A stretch of DNA of 52,382 nucleotides from Acidimicrobiia bacterium (GTDB lineage Bacteria; Actinomycetota; Acidimicrobiia; Acidimicrobiales; Poriferisodalaceae): positions 1-52,382 of the forward strand of contig JAJEIW010000002.1 in the NCBI GenBank assembly GCA_022828045.1, read 5' to 3'. Positions 17,885-26,631 of the stretch are shown here, piece after piece; the first letter of the stretch is position 1; each line of letters opens with the position of its first letter. The notes below the pieces were generated by a model that did not search any database, had not been told where the DNA came from, and saw nothing but the letters and a program-made list of their open reading frames with translations. Position numbers and translations under genes: made by a program.

Positions 17885-20800
17885 ATGCGCAGTCGCGGCG
17901 CCGCGGGCGAATTCCTCCGGCGCCGGCGCCGGTCATCGCAGCGCCGAAGCCGCCGTGCAGCAGTGCTCGTGCCGGGCGTTGCGCTGCTGGCGGTCGCATC
18001 GATGCTGGCGCCGGTTGCGCGTGCGGGCGCCGCGAACGCGGTGACGCCCGAGCGCCTCTGGGGGCAGGATCGCTACGAGACGGCGGTGCGCATCGCCGAG
18101 GCGTACGTCGCTGAATCAGCCCCGGTCGACACGGTGATCGTCGCTTCGGGGATCGCTTTCGCCGACGCGCTCTCGGCGGCGCCGCTGGCAAGCGTGCTGA
18201 ATGCGCCGGTGCTGCTCACGCCGCCTGACGGCCTGCCAGCGGCGGTGCGAAGCTTCATCGGGCAGAACGGCATCAGCCGCGCGGTCGTAGTGGGCGAAGC
18301 CGACCGTGTCTCCGATGCGGTGGCGGCCGATCTCGCCCGACTCACGGGCGCACAGCCCGAGCGCCTCTCGGGCGCCGACCGCGACGAGACGAATATCCGG
18401 GTAGCTGAACGGGTGGCCAAGGCAGGCATCGGCGACTACTGCGGCGACGGCCTCCGCACGGTGCTGCTGGCGACCCGCGACGTGTTCGCCGATGCGCTGG
18501 CAGTGTCGCCGCTGGCCTACTACGGCCGCCATCCCGTGCTGCTGAGCGACCCGCAGGCGCTGACATCGCGTTCACGGACGTTCCTGACTGATCGAGGTGT
18601 CGAGCAGGTGATCGTCGTCGGCGGCCCTGTCGCGGTGTCGCCGACGGTTCTCGACGCGGTGGCTGGTCTCGGCATCGCCACGCGCCGGTGGTGGGGACAG
18701 GACCGCTACGAGACAGCAGCCACCGTGGCGGCAGAACTGGCCGGCTCCTGCTTCGGTGACGCCGCGGTCGGGCTCGCAAGCGGCACCGCGTTTCCCGATG
18801 CCCTCGTGGGCGGCGCGTTGCTGGGCGCTCGCGCCGTGCCCATGGTGCTGGCCGACACGACGCTGCCCGCCCCGACTCGCCGGGCGCTTGCCCGCACGGC
18901 CGCAGCCGGCGGCGATACGGGCCTCACGGTGCTCGGCGGCCCAGCGGCGGTCCGCGAGACGGTGGTGACGGCAGCGGCGGCAGTGCTGACCCGCCCGCTC
19001 GATGATGCCGGTGCTTCCAGCGCCCCCGAGTGCACTGCGCCGCCTCCCGCTGCCGCTGGCCCGATCTCGGTCGATCCGCCGAGCGACGCCTCCGACGCGG
19101 TAGCCCCGTCGGAGATCGTGGTGGAGGGGCGGGGCCACGGTCACGGCAACGGCATGGGCCAGTGGGGCGCCTTGGGCTACGCCACGCATTTCGGCTGCAC
19201 CGGCGAGCAGATAGCGCTCCGCTACTACGGCAACACCACGCTCACAGATGTCAATGAGCGCGACATCTTCGTCCACCTGACGCGCAATGCCCGCCATGAC
19301 CTGCTGGTCACCTCGAAATCTTCGTTCACGGCCGAAGGCAATTCCTTCGCGGGCGGCGAGATCGCGCGTCTGAGCGTCAGCGGCAACGCCTTCGACGTCC
19401 ATCGCACCTCGGGCTGCGCGGACGACCCGGGAGCGAGCGTGGCGCCGGGCCTGTCCGGACGCAGCGGTCGCAACGGCGACGCGTTCGTCGAAGTGCTGCC
19501 GTCGAGCGACGACTACGCCGCCGATGACCGGTCGAACATGCTGACCATGATCTACTGCGGCGGCACCGGCGACGCCACCGAGATCATGCGCATCACCTAC
19601 CGGGGCGCCCTCGGCATCGTGAAGCAGTCCGGCCGCCCCTACACCTTCAACCGCCTGCCGCTCGAGCAGTACCTGCGCGGCGTGGTGCCCAAGGAGTCGC
19701 CGCCGGACTGGGGCGCCCGCACGGGTCCGGCCGGCACGGGCCTGGCGGCTCTCGAAGCGCAGGCCATCGCGGCGCGCAGCTACGCGCTCTACTGGTCTCA
19801 GTACCAGATGGGCCAGGGGCGCTTCACCGACATCTGCGACTGGCCCGACTGCCAGCTGTACGAAGGCGCGGCGGTCGGGAGCGGCGGTCGGGAGCGTCGC
19901 AACGATCACGGCGCCGGCTTCGAGCACACGACGCTGGCCATCGCCAACACCGAGGGCAGGGCGCTGGTGAATGCCGACGGCAGGTTCGCCTTCGCCGAGT
20001 TCAGCACCAGCAGCGGGGGATGGTCTGCGGGGCCGCCGGCGTCCACGTTCCCAGCTGTGCCTGATCTGGGCGGCGCCATCTACGCCGACAACGGCAACAG
20101 CGGCCACCGATGGACCATCAAGCTGCGACGCTCCGACATCGAGCGAGCCTTCGAGCCGCTGTTCGCGCAGCACGGCAAGACGCTCGGACAGCTCGTGCGG
20201 ATCGACATCACCGGGCGCGACGGCAACGGCGAGTGGGGCGGACGCGTGCGAGCCCTGCGAGTGGTCGGCACCGGCGGCGAGCACACCTTCAGCTTCGACC
20301 GATGGGCACGAGACCCGTTCCGCCGGGCATTCCCTCGCACGGTGCTGTCGGACTGGTACCGCTTCCCGCAGTTCGACAGCGGCTCGAACCCGGTCGAGCC
20401 GGTACAGGGCACCGCCGACGTTCACCTGTGGGTGCTCAAGGCTGACGGAACGGTGCGCGCGCACGGTCTCGCGCGCCACTACGGCGACGGCGCGGACGAG
20501 CCGTCCGATGCGGCTGCCGACGACGGCACCGCGGCGCCCGCATATGTCGATATGGCGGTCACCCGCAGCGGGAAGGGCTACTGGCTGCTCGACGCCTCGG
20601 GAGCGGTGAGGGCACTCGGCGACGCTCGGCACCACGGCGATGCCGTCGGGCAGGTCGACGATGCTGCGCCGCGCACCGCGCCTGTCGGCATCGCGTCCCA
20701 TCCCGAGGGCGGCTACTGGATCGCGCTGGGGAATGGCGAGGTGTTCGAATTCGGAGCGGCTGCCGATGTGGGAGCCGAGGAGCGCTCCGATGCTGATGCG

Positions 20801-21187
20801 CTCATCGTGGACGTCGAATCGACTCCGTCCGGCGATGGGCTCTGGCTGCTCGCCACGAACGGCGCGGTGCTGGCCTACGGCGGCGCCGAACAGCTGGGAT
20901 CGGCGGACACCGCTGCCGCGGTGGGCATCGCGGCAGCAGCCGACGGCGACGGCTACTGGGTGACCGACGCGGGCACGGCCGTGCACGTATTCGGCAGTGC
21001 AGCTTCGCTGGGATCGCGTTCGGGCCGGGCCAACCGTCTGGCAGCAGTCGACATGGTGGCCACCGACACAGGCGACGGCTACTGGCTGATCTGGAGCGAC
21101 GGCACCAGCTTCAACTACGGCATCGCGCCCGACTACCCGACGAGCCGGGCTGGGCCGGGCGTGGTCGCTGCTGCGTCGGTGCGCTGA
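17885..21187 (+). CDS. Large secreted cell-wall protein: three CWB2-type cell-wall-binding repeats, a SpoIID/LytB domain and six C-terminal propeller-like repeats
   Basis: Arg-rich signal (RRRRRSSQRRSRRAAVLVPGVALLAVASMLAPVARAGA). Three repeats of the GQDRYETA...FADAL...P(V/M)LL type. SpoIID signature GRGHGHGNGMGQWGALGYA. C-terminal GYWLLDASGAVRALG-type repeats. The start is either ATG 17885 or ATG 17831. Confidence 0.8.
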   Translation: MRSRGAAGEFLRRRRRSSQRRSRRAAVLVPGVALLAVASMLAPVARAGAANAVTPERLWGQDRYETAVRIAEAYVAESAPVDTVIVASGIAFADALSAAPLASVLNAPVLLTPPDGLPAAVRSFIGQNGISRAVVVGEADRVSDAVAADLARLTGAQPERLSGADRDETNIRVAERVAKAGIGDYCGDGLRTVLLATRDVFADALAVSPLAYYGRHPVLLSDPQALTSRSRTFLTDRGVEQVIVVGGPVAVSPTVLDAVAGLGIATRRWWGQDRYETAATVAAELAGSCFGDAAVGLASGTAFPDALVGGALLGARAVPMVLADTTLPAPTRRALARTAAAGGDTGLTVLGGPAAVRETVVTAAAAVLTRPLDDAGASSAPECTAPPPAAAGPISVDPPSDASDAVAPSEIVVEGRGHGHGNGMGQWGALGYATHFGCTGEQIALRYYGNTTLTDVNERDIFVHLTRNARHDLLVTSKSSFTAEGNSFAGGEIARLSVSGNAFDVHRTSGCADDPGASVAPGLSGRSGRNGDAFVEVLPSSDDYAADDRSNMLTMIYCGGTGDATEIMRITYRGALGIVKQSGRPYTFNRLPLEQYLRGVVPKESPPDWGARTGPAGTGLAALEAQAIAARSYALYWSQYQMGQGRFTDICDWPDCQLYEGAAVGSGGRERRNDHGAGFEHTTLAIANTEGRALVNADGRFAFAEFSTSSGGWSAGPPASTFPAVPDLGGAIYADNGNSGHRWTIKLRRSDIERAFEPLFAQHGKTLGQLVRIDITGRDGNGEWGGRVRALRVVGTGGEHTFSFDRWARDPFRRAFPRTVLSDWYRFPQFDSGSNPVEPVQGTADVHLWVLKADGTVRAHGLARHYGDGADEPSDAAADDGTAAPAYVDMAVTRSGKGYWLLDASGAVRALGDARHHGDAVGQVDDAAPRTAPVGIASHPEGGYWIALGNGEVFEFGAAADVGAEERSDADALIVDVESTPSGDGLWLLATNGAVLAYGGAEQLGSADTAAAVGIAAAADGDGYWVTDAGTAVHVFGSAASLGSRSGRANRLAAVDMVATDTGDGYWLIWSDGTSFNYGIAPDYPTSRAGPGVVAAASVR
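20420..21184 (+). repeat. Six tandem ~40-aa protein repeats (blade-like) at the C-terminus of the 17885..21187 protein
   Basis: LWVLKADGTVRAHG, GYWLLDASGAVRALG, GYWIALGNGEVFEFG, GLWLLATNGAVLAYG, GYWVTDAGTAVHVFG, GYWLIWSDGTSFNYG. The common pattern is G-[YL]-W-x4-5-G-x-[VF]-x3-G. Confidence 0.55.
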
Positions 21188-21213
21188 CACCGCTGCGGCA
21201 GACTCGAAGTCGC

Positions 21214-24200
21214 ATGGACACGAACGCCGAAGCGTCCGAGCCAGAAGATCCGGCCTGCGCCGCGAATCCGCCGGCTTCGGAGGTGCCGCCAGCGCCCGCG
21301 GCACTCGAACCAGCCGTTTTGGCGCCCTCGCCGGCGGTCGCAGCCATCGTCACGGCCTCGTCTCGATGGTCCGACACCGAGGCCACCTTGGGTGCACTGG
21401 CTGCCCAGGATTACCCCCGCTTGGCCGTCCTGGTGCTGTGCGACGCCGAGGGCCCTCAGGGCCATCGTGTCCGCGAACTGCTTCCCACCGTCGCGGTTGC
21501 GAACCAGATGTCATCCCGCCCCGAACAGCGCCGGGGCTCGCACCGGCACCGCACCGGATCGGTCAACAACCGGGGCGCGTCGCTGGTGCGGGGGGCCGAC
21601 TACCTGCTGTTCCTGACCGATGGCGTCGTGCTGACGCCTGATGCAGTCAGCGTCCTCATCGACGACGCCGAGAACGCCCCGGGCAGGGTCGTCGGTGTCG
21701 CTGGACCGAAGCTGCTCGACGCCGACGACGGCATGACGCTGCGCGATCTGGGTGGTACGGCGGATCGCCTCGGCGTGAGGATCCCAGCCGCCAGCCAAGG
21801 CGAAGTGGACCAGGCCCAGCACGACGAGGCACGGGACCTGTTCGTGGCGCCGACGCAGGCGATGCTGGTCCGGGCGGATGTGTTCGCGATCGTCGGCGGG
21901 TTCGATCCTCACCTCGACGGCGACGGCGCGGCCGTCGATTTGTGCTGGCGGATCCAGCTCGCTGGGTCGCGCGTGCGCATCGTGCCGGCCGCAACCGGGC
22001 TGGTGCAGTCCACGCCGCCCGCAGCACCGTTCGGCCCCTCGGCTCGCCAGCATGAACATCGGGCCCGGCTGCGCACGATGCTGAAGTGCTACGGCTGGGT
22101 GCATCTGCTGCCCTCAGTGCTGCTCGCAGCCGTGCTGGCGCTGGGCGAGGTGCTCTTCGCGGCCCTGCGCGGGCGGTTCGCGCAGGCATCAGACGTAGCG
22201 CTGGCTTGGGCGTGGAATGCCCGGCGCCTTCCGGGCACGTTTGCCTTGCGTGGTGCTGCGAAGCGCTACCGACGAGTGCGTGATGTCGACTTGCGCCGAT
22301 TGCAGCAGGGCGGCTCGATTCGGGTCGCCGACTGGTTCCGCTACCGCCTCAGCCCCGAAGGCGGTCTGGCGGCGCGCACCACCATCGACGAGAGCATCCT
22401 CGGCACCTGGCGGCGCAATGCGCACCGGACGGTGTGGGTGGTGTGGGTGCTCGTGGCAGGCGGGATCGCCTTCGGTTCCCGCCATCTGCTGACTGGCGGC
22501 ATCTCCGCATATGGACAGTTCGCGCACTTCGCCGATGCTCCGACGATGCTCAGCGCCTACCTCGACGGCTGGCGTGTCGATGCGGCGGGAGACGCCGGGA
22601 TCGGTCATCCCGCGATGGGTCTGCTGGGCATCGGCGGGATCATCGTGCTCGGCGCCGTCGGGCTGCTGCGTCACATCGCTGTATGGGGGCTGCTGCTGGC
22701 AGGCCTCGTCGGCATGTGGAAGCTCTGCGCACCATCGAACAGTCGCAATGGCCGGCTGGTCGCCCTCGCGCTCTATGCCGCATGTCCGCTGCCCTACAAC
22801 GCGGTGGCCAATGGGCGCTGGGACGTGCTGCTCGCGTACGGCGTCGCGCCCGCAATAGTGCTGATGGTCAGCCGGCTGATGGGTGCGGTGGCGGTCGGAC
22901 CCTCCGGTGACGGCAGCCGGCGTTCGACAGCGGCCCGTGTCGCGTCGCTGGGACTGTTGTTTGCCGTCGCCGCGGCATTCGAGCCGTTCATCGTGGTGCT
23001 CGGGCTGGGCGCCGCGGCGGTGCTGGCCGTCACCGAGTCCACTTGGCGGGCGACAAGCCGGTCGTCGCTGGCGACACCGTGGCTCGGGCTGCTGCTGGTT
23101 TTCGCGGCAGCGGCGCTCGCCGTGGCGGCACACCTTCCTTGGCTGATCGAATTCGGTTCACTGCAGGCGTTCTTGGATGTTTCCGGGGGCAGGTCGACAG
23201 CCTCGCCACCGGCGTCGCTCGCAGAGCTCCTGCGATTCCAGACGGGACCGCTGGGCGATCTGCCGCTGGGCTGGGGCATGGCGGGTGCCGCAGCGGTGCC
23301 GCTGCTCGTCGGGCGCTCGAGCCGGCTGTGGTGGGCGGCTCGGGGTTGGATGGTGGGCCTCGCAGGATTCGCAGGGGCGTGGGCAGTCGTCACCGGCTGG
23401 GCCGACGGCCTGCTGGCCGAGATTCCGATCGGAGACTCGCTGGCTGAGGTCTCGCTGGTGCTCGGCGCTGTAGGGCTGTGCTGGGCGGCCGCAGCAGGCC
23501 CGCCGGTGCTGGCGGCGTCCGGCGGCGACACGTCGCCGCGTGTGCGCAGCGCGATGGTGCTCATCAGCGGCCTCGCCGTGGGCGCGATGGTGCTGCCCAC
23601 GGCGTGGGCGGCGGTCGACGGCGACTGGTCGGCGCCGAGCTTCGATCACCGTGTGCCGTTGGGACTGATCGATGATCGAGATGTCGGGCCCGACTACCGC
23701 GTGCTCTGGATCGGCGACTCCGACGTCTTGCCGCTGCGCGGATCGGAGCTGGGCATCGACGGCCTCGCCGCAGGCACGTCGGTTCGCGGCTTTCCTGATG
23801 TCCGCCATCAATGGGCGTCGCCCCCCACGCCGGGAAATGAGCGCCTGCTGGACGCTGTGAGAGTGGGGTTGGCCGGCGACACCCTGCGCATGGGGCGGCT
23901 GCTCGGATCGTTCGGCATCCGTTATGTCGTCCTGGTCGAGCGTTCGGGTCCGTCGTACTCAGCAGGTTGGGAACGGCCGGTCGACCCGGCGATCGCGGAG
24001 GCGTTGGCCTCGCAGATCGACTTGCGCCCTCTCGCGGTCGATCCGTCGGTGCAAGTGTTCCGCAACGAGGCGTGGTGGTCGTCGCGGGCGCAGTTCTCCC
24101 AGCCGATCCCTCCCGGCTTCGCAGTCGACCAGACCGATCTGGTGGTGAGCGATCTGAGCGACGGCATCGGCGTGCTCACCGACTACCGGTCCCCAACGGT

Positions 24201-24498
24201 GCAGCTCGGGCATGTGGGTACCGGCCCATTGCTCGTCGCTGAGGGGTTCGATCCGGGCTGGAGACTCCAGGTGGACAGCACGGAGGTCTCACCGACGCCC
24301 GCGCTGGGCTGGGCGATGCGATTCGATCCGCCCCATGCCGGCCAAGCTGAGCTGAGCTACGAGCGCTCTGCTGCGGTCACCGACCGGCTGTGGGCTCAAG
24401 CGCTGATCTGGCTGTCGATCGGGTGGGTGGCCATCGGCCAGCCGACGCCACTCGCCGACCGCGTGACGGCGGCATTCGGAAGGTTGCGGCGGCGATGA
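21214..24498 (+). CDS. Fusion protein: N-terminal family-2 glycosyltransferase, polytopic membrane domain and large C-terminal (probably extracytoplasmic) domain
   Basis: GT2-like N-terminal third (AAIVTASSRWSDTEATLGALAAQDYPRLAVLVLCD..., FLTDGVVL, CWRIQLAGSRV). About 12 hydrophobic spans lie between roughly aa 300 and 790. A hydrophilic tail of about 300 aa follows. Confidence 0.8.
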   Translation: MDTNAEASEPEDPACAANPPASEVPPAPAALEPAVLAPSPAVAAIVTASSRWSDTEATLGALAAQDYPRLAVLVLCDAEGPQGHRVRELLPTVAVANQMSSRPEQRRGSHRHRTGSVNNRGASLVRGADYLLFLTDGVVLTPDAVSVLIDDAENAPGRVVGVAGPKLLDADDGMTLRDLGGTADRLGVRIPAASQGEVDQAQHDEARDLFVAPTQAMLVRADVFAIVGGFDPHLDGDGAAVDLCWRIQLAGSRVRIVPAATGLVQSTPPAAPFGPSARQHEHRARLRTMLKCYGWVHLLPSVLLAAVLALGEVLFAALRGRFAQASDVALAWAWNARRLPGTFALRGAAKRYRRVRDVDLRRLQQGGSIRVADWFRYRLSPEGGLAARTTIDESILGTWRRNAHRTVWVVWVLVAGGIAFGSRHLLTGGISAYGQFAHFADAPTMLSAYLDGWRVDAAGDAGIGHPAMGLLGIGGIIVLGAVGLLRHIAVWGLLLAGLVGMWKLCAPSNSRNGRLVALALYAACPLPYNAVANGRWDVLLAYGVAPAIVLMVSRLMGAVAVGPSGDGSRRSTAARVASLGLLFAVAAAFEPFIVVLGLGAAAVLAVTESTWRATSRSSLATPWLGLLLVFAAAALAVAAHLPWLIEFGSLQAFLDVSGGRSTASPPASLAELLRFQTGPLGDLPLGWGMAGAAAVPLLVGRSSRLWWAARGWMVGLAGFAGAWAVVTGWADGLLAEIPIGDSLAEVSLVLGAVGLCWAAAAGPPVLAASGGDTSPRVRSAMVLISGLAVGAMVLPTAWAAVDGDWSAPSFDHRVPLGLIDDRDVGPDYRVLWIGDSDVLPLRGSELGIDGLAAGTSVRGFPDVRHQWASPPTPGNERLLDAVRVGLAGDTLRMGRLLGSFGIRYVVLVERSGPSYSAGWERPVDPAIAEALASQIDLRPLAVDPSVQVFRNEAWWSSRAQFSQPIPPGFAVDQTDLVVSDLSDGIGVLTDYRSPTVQLGHVGTGPLLVAEGFDPGWRLQVDSTEVSPTPALGWAMRFDPPHAGQAELSYERSAAVTDRLWAQALIWLSIGWVAIGQPTPLADRVTAAFGRLRRR

Positions 24499-26195
24499 GG
24501 ATCCTGCGTTGGCTGCCGAGGTTGTTGATCCCGCTGGCAGTGGCTGCGGCGCTGCTCGTCGACGCGCGCATCGATCGCGCTCCTGCTGAGGCGGCGGCTC
24601 TCCATGATGAGGTGCCGACGCAGATCGAAGTGCCGGCACCGTCTGCGCTGACCTCGAGCTGGTTCTGCCCGGTCGTGGGGATGCGCGCCATCTCGCCCGG
24701 GTTCGGCGAGATCACAACCGAGCTGCTGCTCACCAACATGACCGGCGCATCGGTGTCGGTCTCGGTCGAGTTGCGCGGTCGCACCACGGGCCGCCAGTTC
24801 GTGACGGCGGACGTTGCGCCGCTGAGCACCGGTGTGGTGAACATCGCCGATTACGCGCCTGACGAGATCATCGGCGCCCTGGTCGAGGCCTCCTCGGGCG
24901 GTCTGGCAGTGACACGCAGGTTCTCCTCCCCGCTCGGGATCGACGAAGCCCGCTGCTCGAGCGTGCTTGCAGCCAGCTGGTATGTGCCTGTCGGCGACAC
25001 CCAAGCCGATGCGCTCGGGGTGATCGCGATCATGAATCCGCTGCCGCGCGATGCAATCGTCGACATCACCTTTGCCACCGAGGCGGAATTCGGGCCCTTC
25101 GTCGTGCCGGAGCTGACCGGGGTGGTGATTCCGGCGTGGAGTTCTGCCGCCTTCGACCTCGGCCAGCATGCGCGTCGGCGTGATGTCGTAGCTGCGTCGG
25201 TGCAGGCGCGCACCGGCCGCATAGCGGCTGACTCATTCGCGATCTACGACGGCAGCGTCGGCAGGCGCGGCTTTGCCGCGGAGTTGGCGTCGGTCAGCCT
25301 CAGCGAAACGTGGCTCGTGCCGGCAACGGGCATCGACAGCGAAACCCATCTGAGCGTTCGGGTGTTCAATCCCACCGACGAGGTGGCCCAAGTCGTCACG
25401 GAGGTGGCGGTCGCCGGCGCCGACAGCGACCGCGTGGCTTTCGCCATTGCAGCGCACGATGTGCTCGAGCTGACGGTCGAGCCGCCCAGCGACCGGGCGC
25501 CCGGGCTCGACTCGCTGCTGGCTCCCGCCGGAGTCCCGCTGGGCATCTCGGTGACCGGGCAGAACGACGTGCCCTTTGTCGTATGGGCGGAGACCCTGGT
25601 CGGCTCTGCGGAGAGCCCGCTGACGGACATCCCGATCGCTTCGGATCCTGCCGACGACACCACCGAACCCGCCGACGATCCGTCCCTCACCCCATCCGTC
25701 ACCGTCGTGGCCCAGCCGGACGTGTCACCCGACACCTCATCTGAGGCTGCCAGCGCTCTGCTGGACGGTTCCGGACCGCAGGACAACTCAGACGATCCCG
25801 GCGTTGCCGTCGCCGAGGTGTTCCCGCCGGTGCTCGCAGCACGGTCGGGTCTGGCCTCGGTGCCGGGCATCGGGGTGGAGCGCGAGCGCTGGCTCGTGGT
25901 GGCGCCCGCTGAGCCCGGCGTCGAGACTTTCCTGACCATCGTGAGAGCTCCGCCGCAGCCGGCTGGCGACGGTGAGTCCCCCGATGAGGGGGAGGGTGAT
26001 CGTCGGGTCGTCATCGGGACGTTGCATCGCGAGACGGTCGCGGTGGTCGACGTGCCAGCGTCGGGTGTGGTGACGCACCGACTGGCGAGCGGTACGACCC
26101 GTATCGTGGTGTCCGACGTCCCGTTCGCCGTGCTGCTGTGGCAATCCCGATCCGGCGGTGCCGGCCTCAGCGTGGCCCATCCGGTGGGATGGTGA
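24495..26195 (+). CDS. Membrane-anchored hypothetical protein (from memory resembles the actinobacterial DUF5719 family found next to this glycosyltransferase)
   Basis: ATG 24495 overlaps the upstream stop (ATGA 24495-24498). N-terminal anchor MRILRWLPRLLIPLAVAAALLV, then a long beta-rich-looking body and a Pro/Asp/Ser-rich linker. The family name was not verified by a search. Confidence 0.6.
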   Translation: MRILRWLPRLLIPLAVAAALLVDARIDRAPAEAAALHDEVPTQIEVPAPSALTSSWFCPVVGMRAISPGFGEITTELLLTNMTGASVSVSVELRGRTTGRQFVTADVAPLSTGVVNIADYAPDEIIGALVEASSGGLAVTRRFSSPLGIDEARCSSVLAASWYVPVGDTQADALGVIAIMNPLPRDAIVDITFATEAEFGPFVVPELTGVVIPAWSSAAFDLGQHARRRDVVAASVQARTGRIAADSFAIYDGSVGRRGFAAELASVSLSETWLVPATGIDSETHLSVRVFNPTDEVAQVVTEVAVAGADSDRVAFAIAAHDVLELTVEPPSDRAPGLDSLLAPAGVPLGISVTGQNDVPFVVWAETLVGSAESPLTDIPIASDPADDTTEPADDPSLTPSVTVVAQPDVSPDTSSEAASALLDGSGPQDNSDDPGVAVAEVFPPVLAARSGLASVPGIGVERERWLVVAPAEPGVETFLTIVRAPPQPAGDGESPDEGEGDRRVVIGTLHRETVAVVDVPASGVVTHRLASGTTRIVVSDVPFAVLLWQSRSGGAGLSVAHPVGW

Positions 26196-26202
26196 GACCC
26201 TG

Positions 26203-26616
26203 ATGGAACGCCTCGCAATAGCCGCGGTGCTTGTTGTCATCGCGCTCGCGGTCGCCTTCGTTGCCCAGCGCCGCAGGGGTGCTGCCGCCAGCGGGGTGCC
26301 GCATTCGAGCGTGCCCGCCTCGGTCGATCTCGGGTCGTTGGACATCGACACAGGCCCGGCAATCGTGGTCTTCACCGAGGAGACATGCCGGACGTGCGCG
26401 GCCGCGATCGCGGTGGTACGCGGACCGGCCGGCGCGGGCCTGCCGGTCACTGAGGTCCCCTTCGCCGACGAGCGGGAACTGCACCGGCGCCACGGCATCG
26501 ACACGGTGCCCACGACGGTGGTCGCAGATCTCGACGGCCAGGTTGTCGACGGCTGGATCGGTCGGGTGGACATGTCCGGGTTGGCCGCCGCGCTTGCGCA
26601 GGTCAGGGGCGGCTGA
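26203..26616 (+). CDS. Membrane-anchored thioredoxin-fold protein with CxxC (CRTC)
   Basis: MERLAIAAVLVVIALAVAFVAQRRRG (TM) then ...AIVVFTEETCRTCAAA...IDTVPTTVV...GWIG, typical of a thioredoxin/glutaredoxin-like fold. It starts 8 nt after the upstream stop. Confidence 0.6.
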   Translation: MERLAIAAVLVVIALAVAFVAQRRRGAAASGVPHSSVPASVDLGSLDIDTGPAIVVFTEETCRTCAAAIAVVRGPAGAGLPVTEVPFADERELHRRHGIDTVPTTVVADLDGQVVDGWIGRVDMSGLAAALAQVRGG

Positions 26617-26631
26617 ACGCCCGAGAGGGGA

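Noticed and set aside
18572-21304. 910-aa ORF on the minus strand opposite the CWB2-SpoIID gene
   Set aside because: The same high-GC antisense artefact. It has no recognisable domains, is Arg-rich, and fully overlaps a plus-strand gene with three independent domain signatures.
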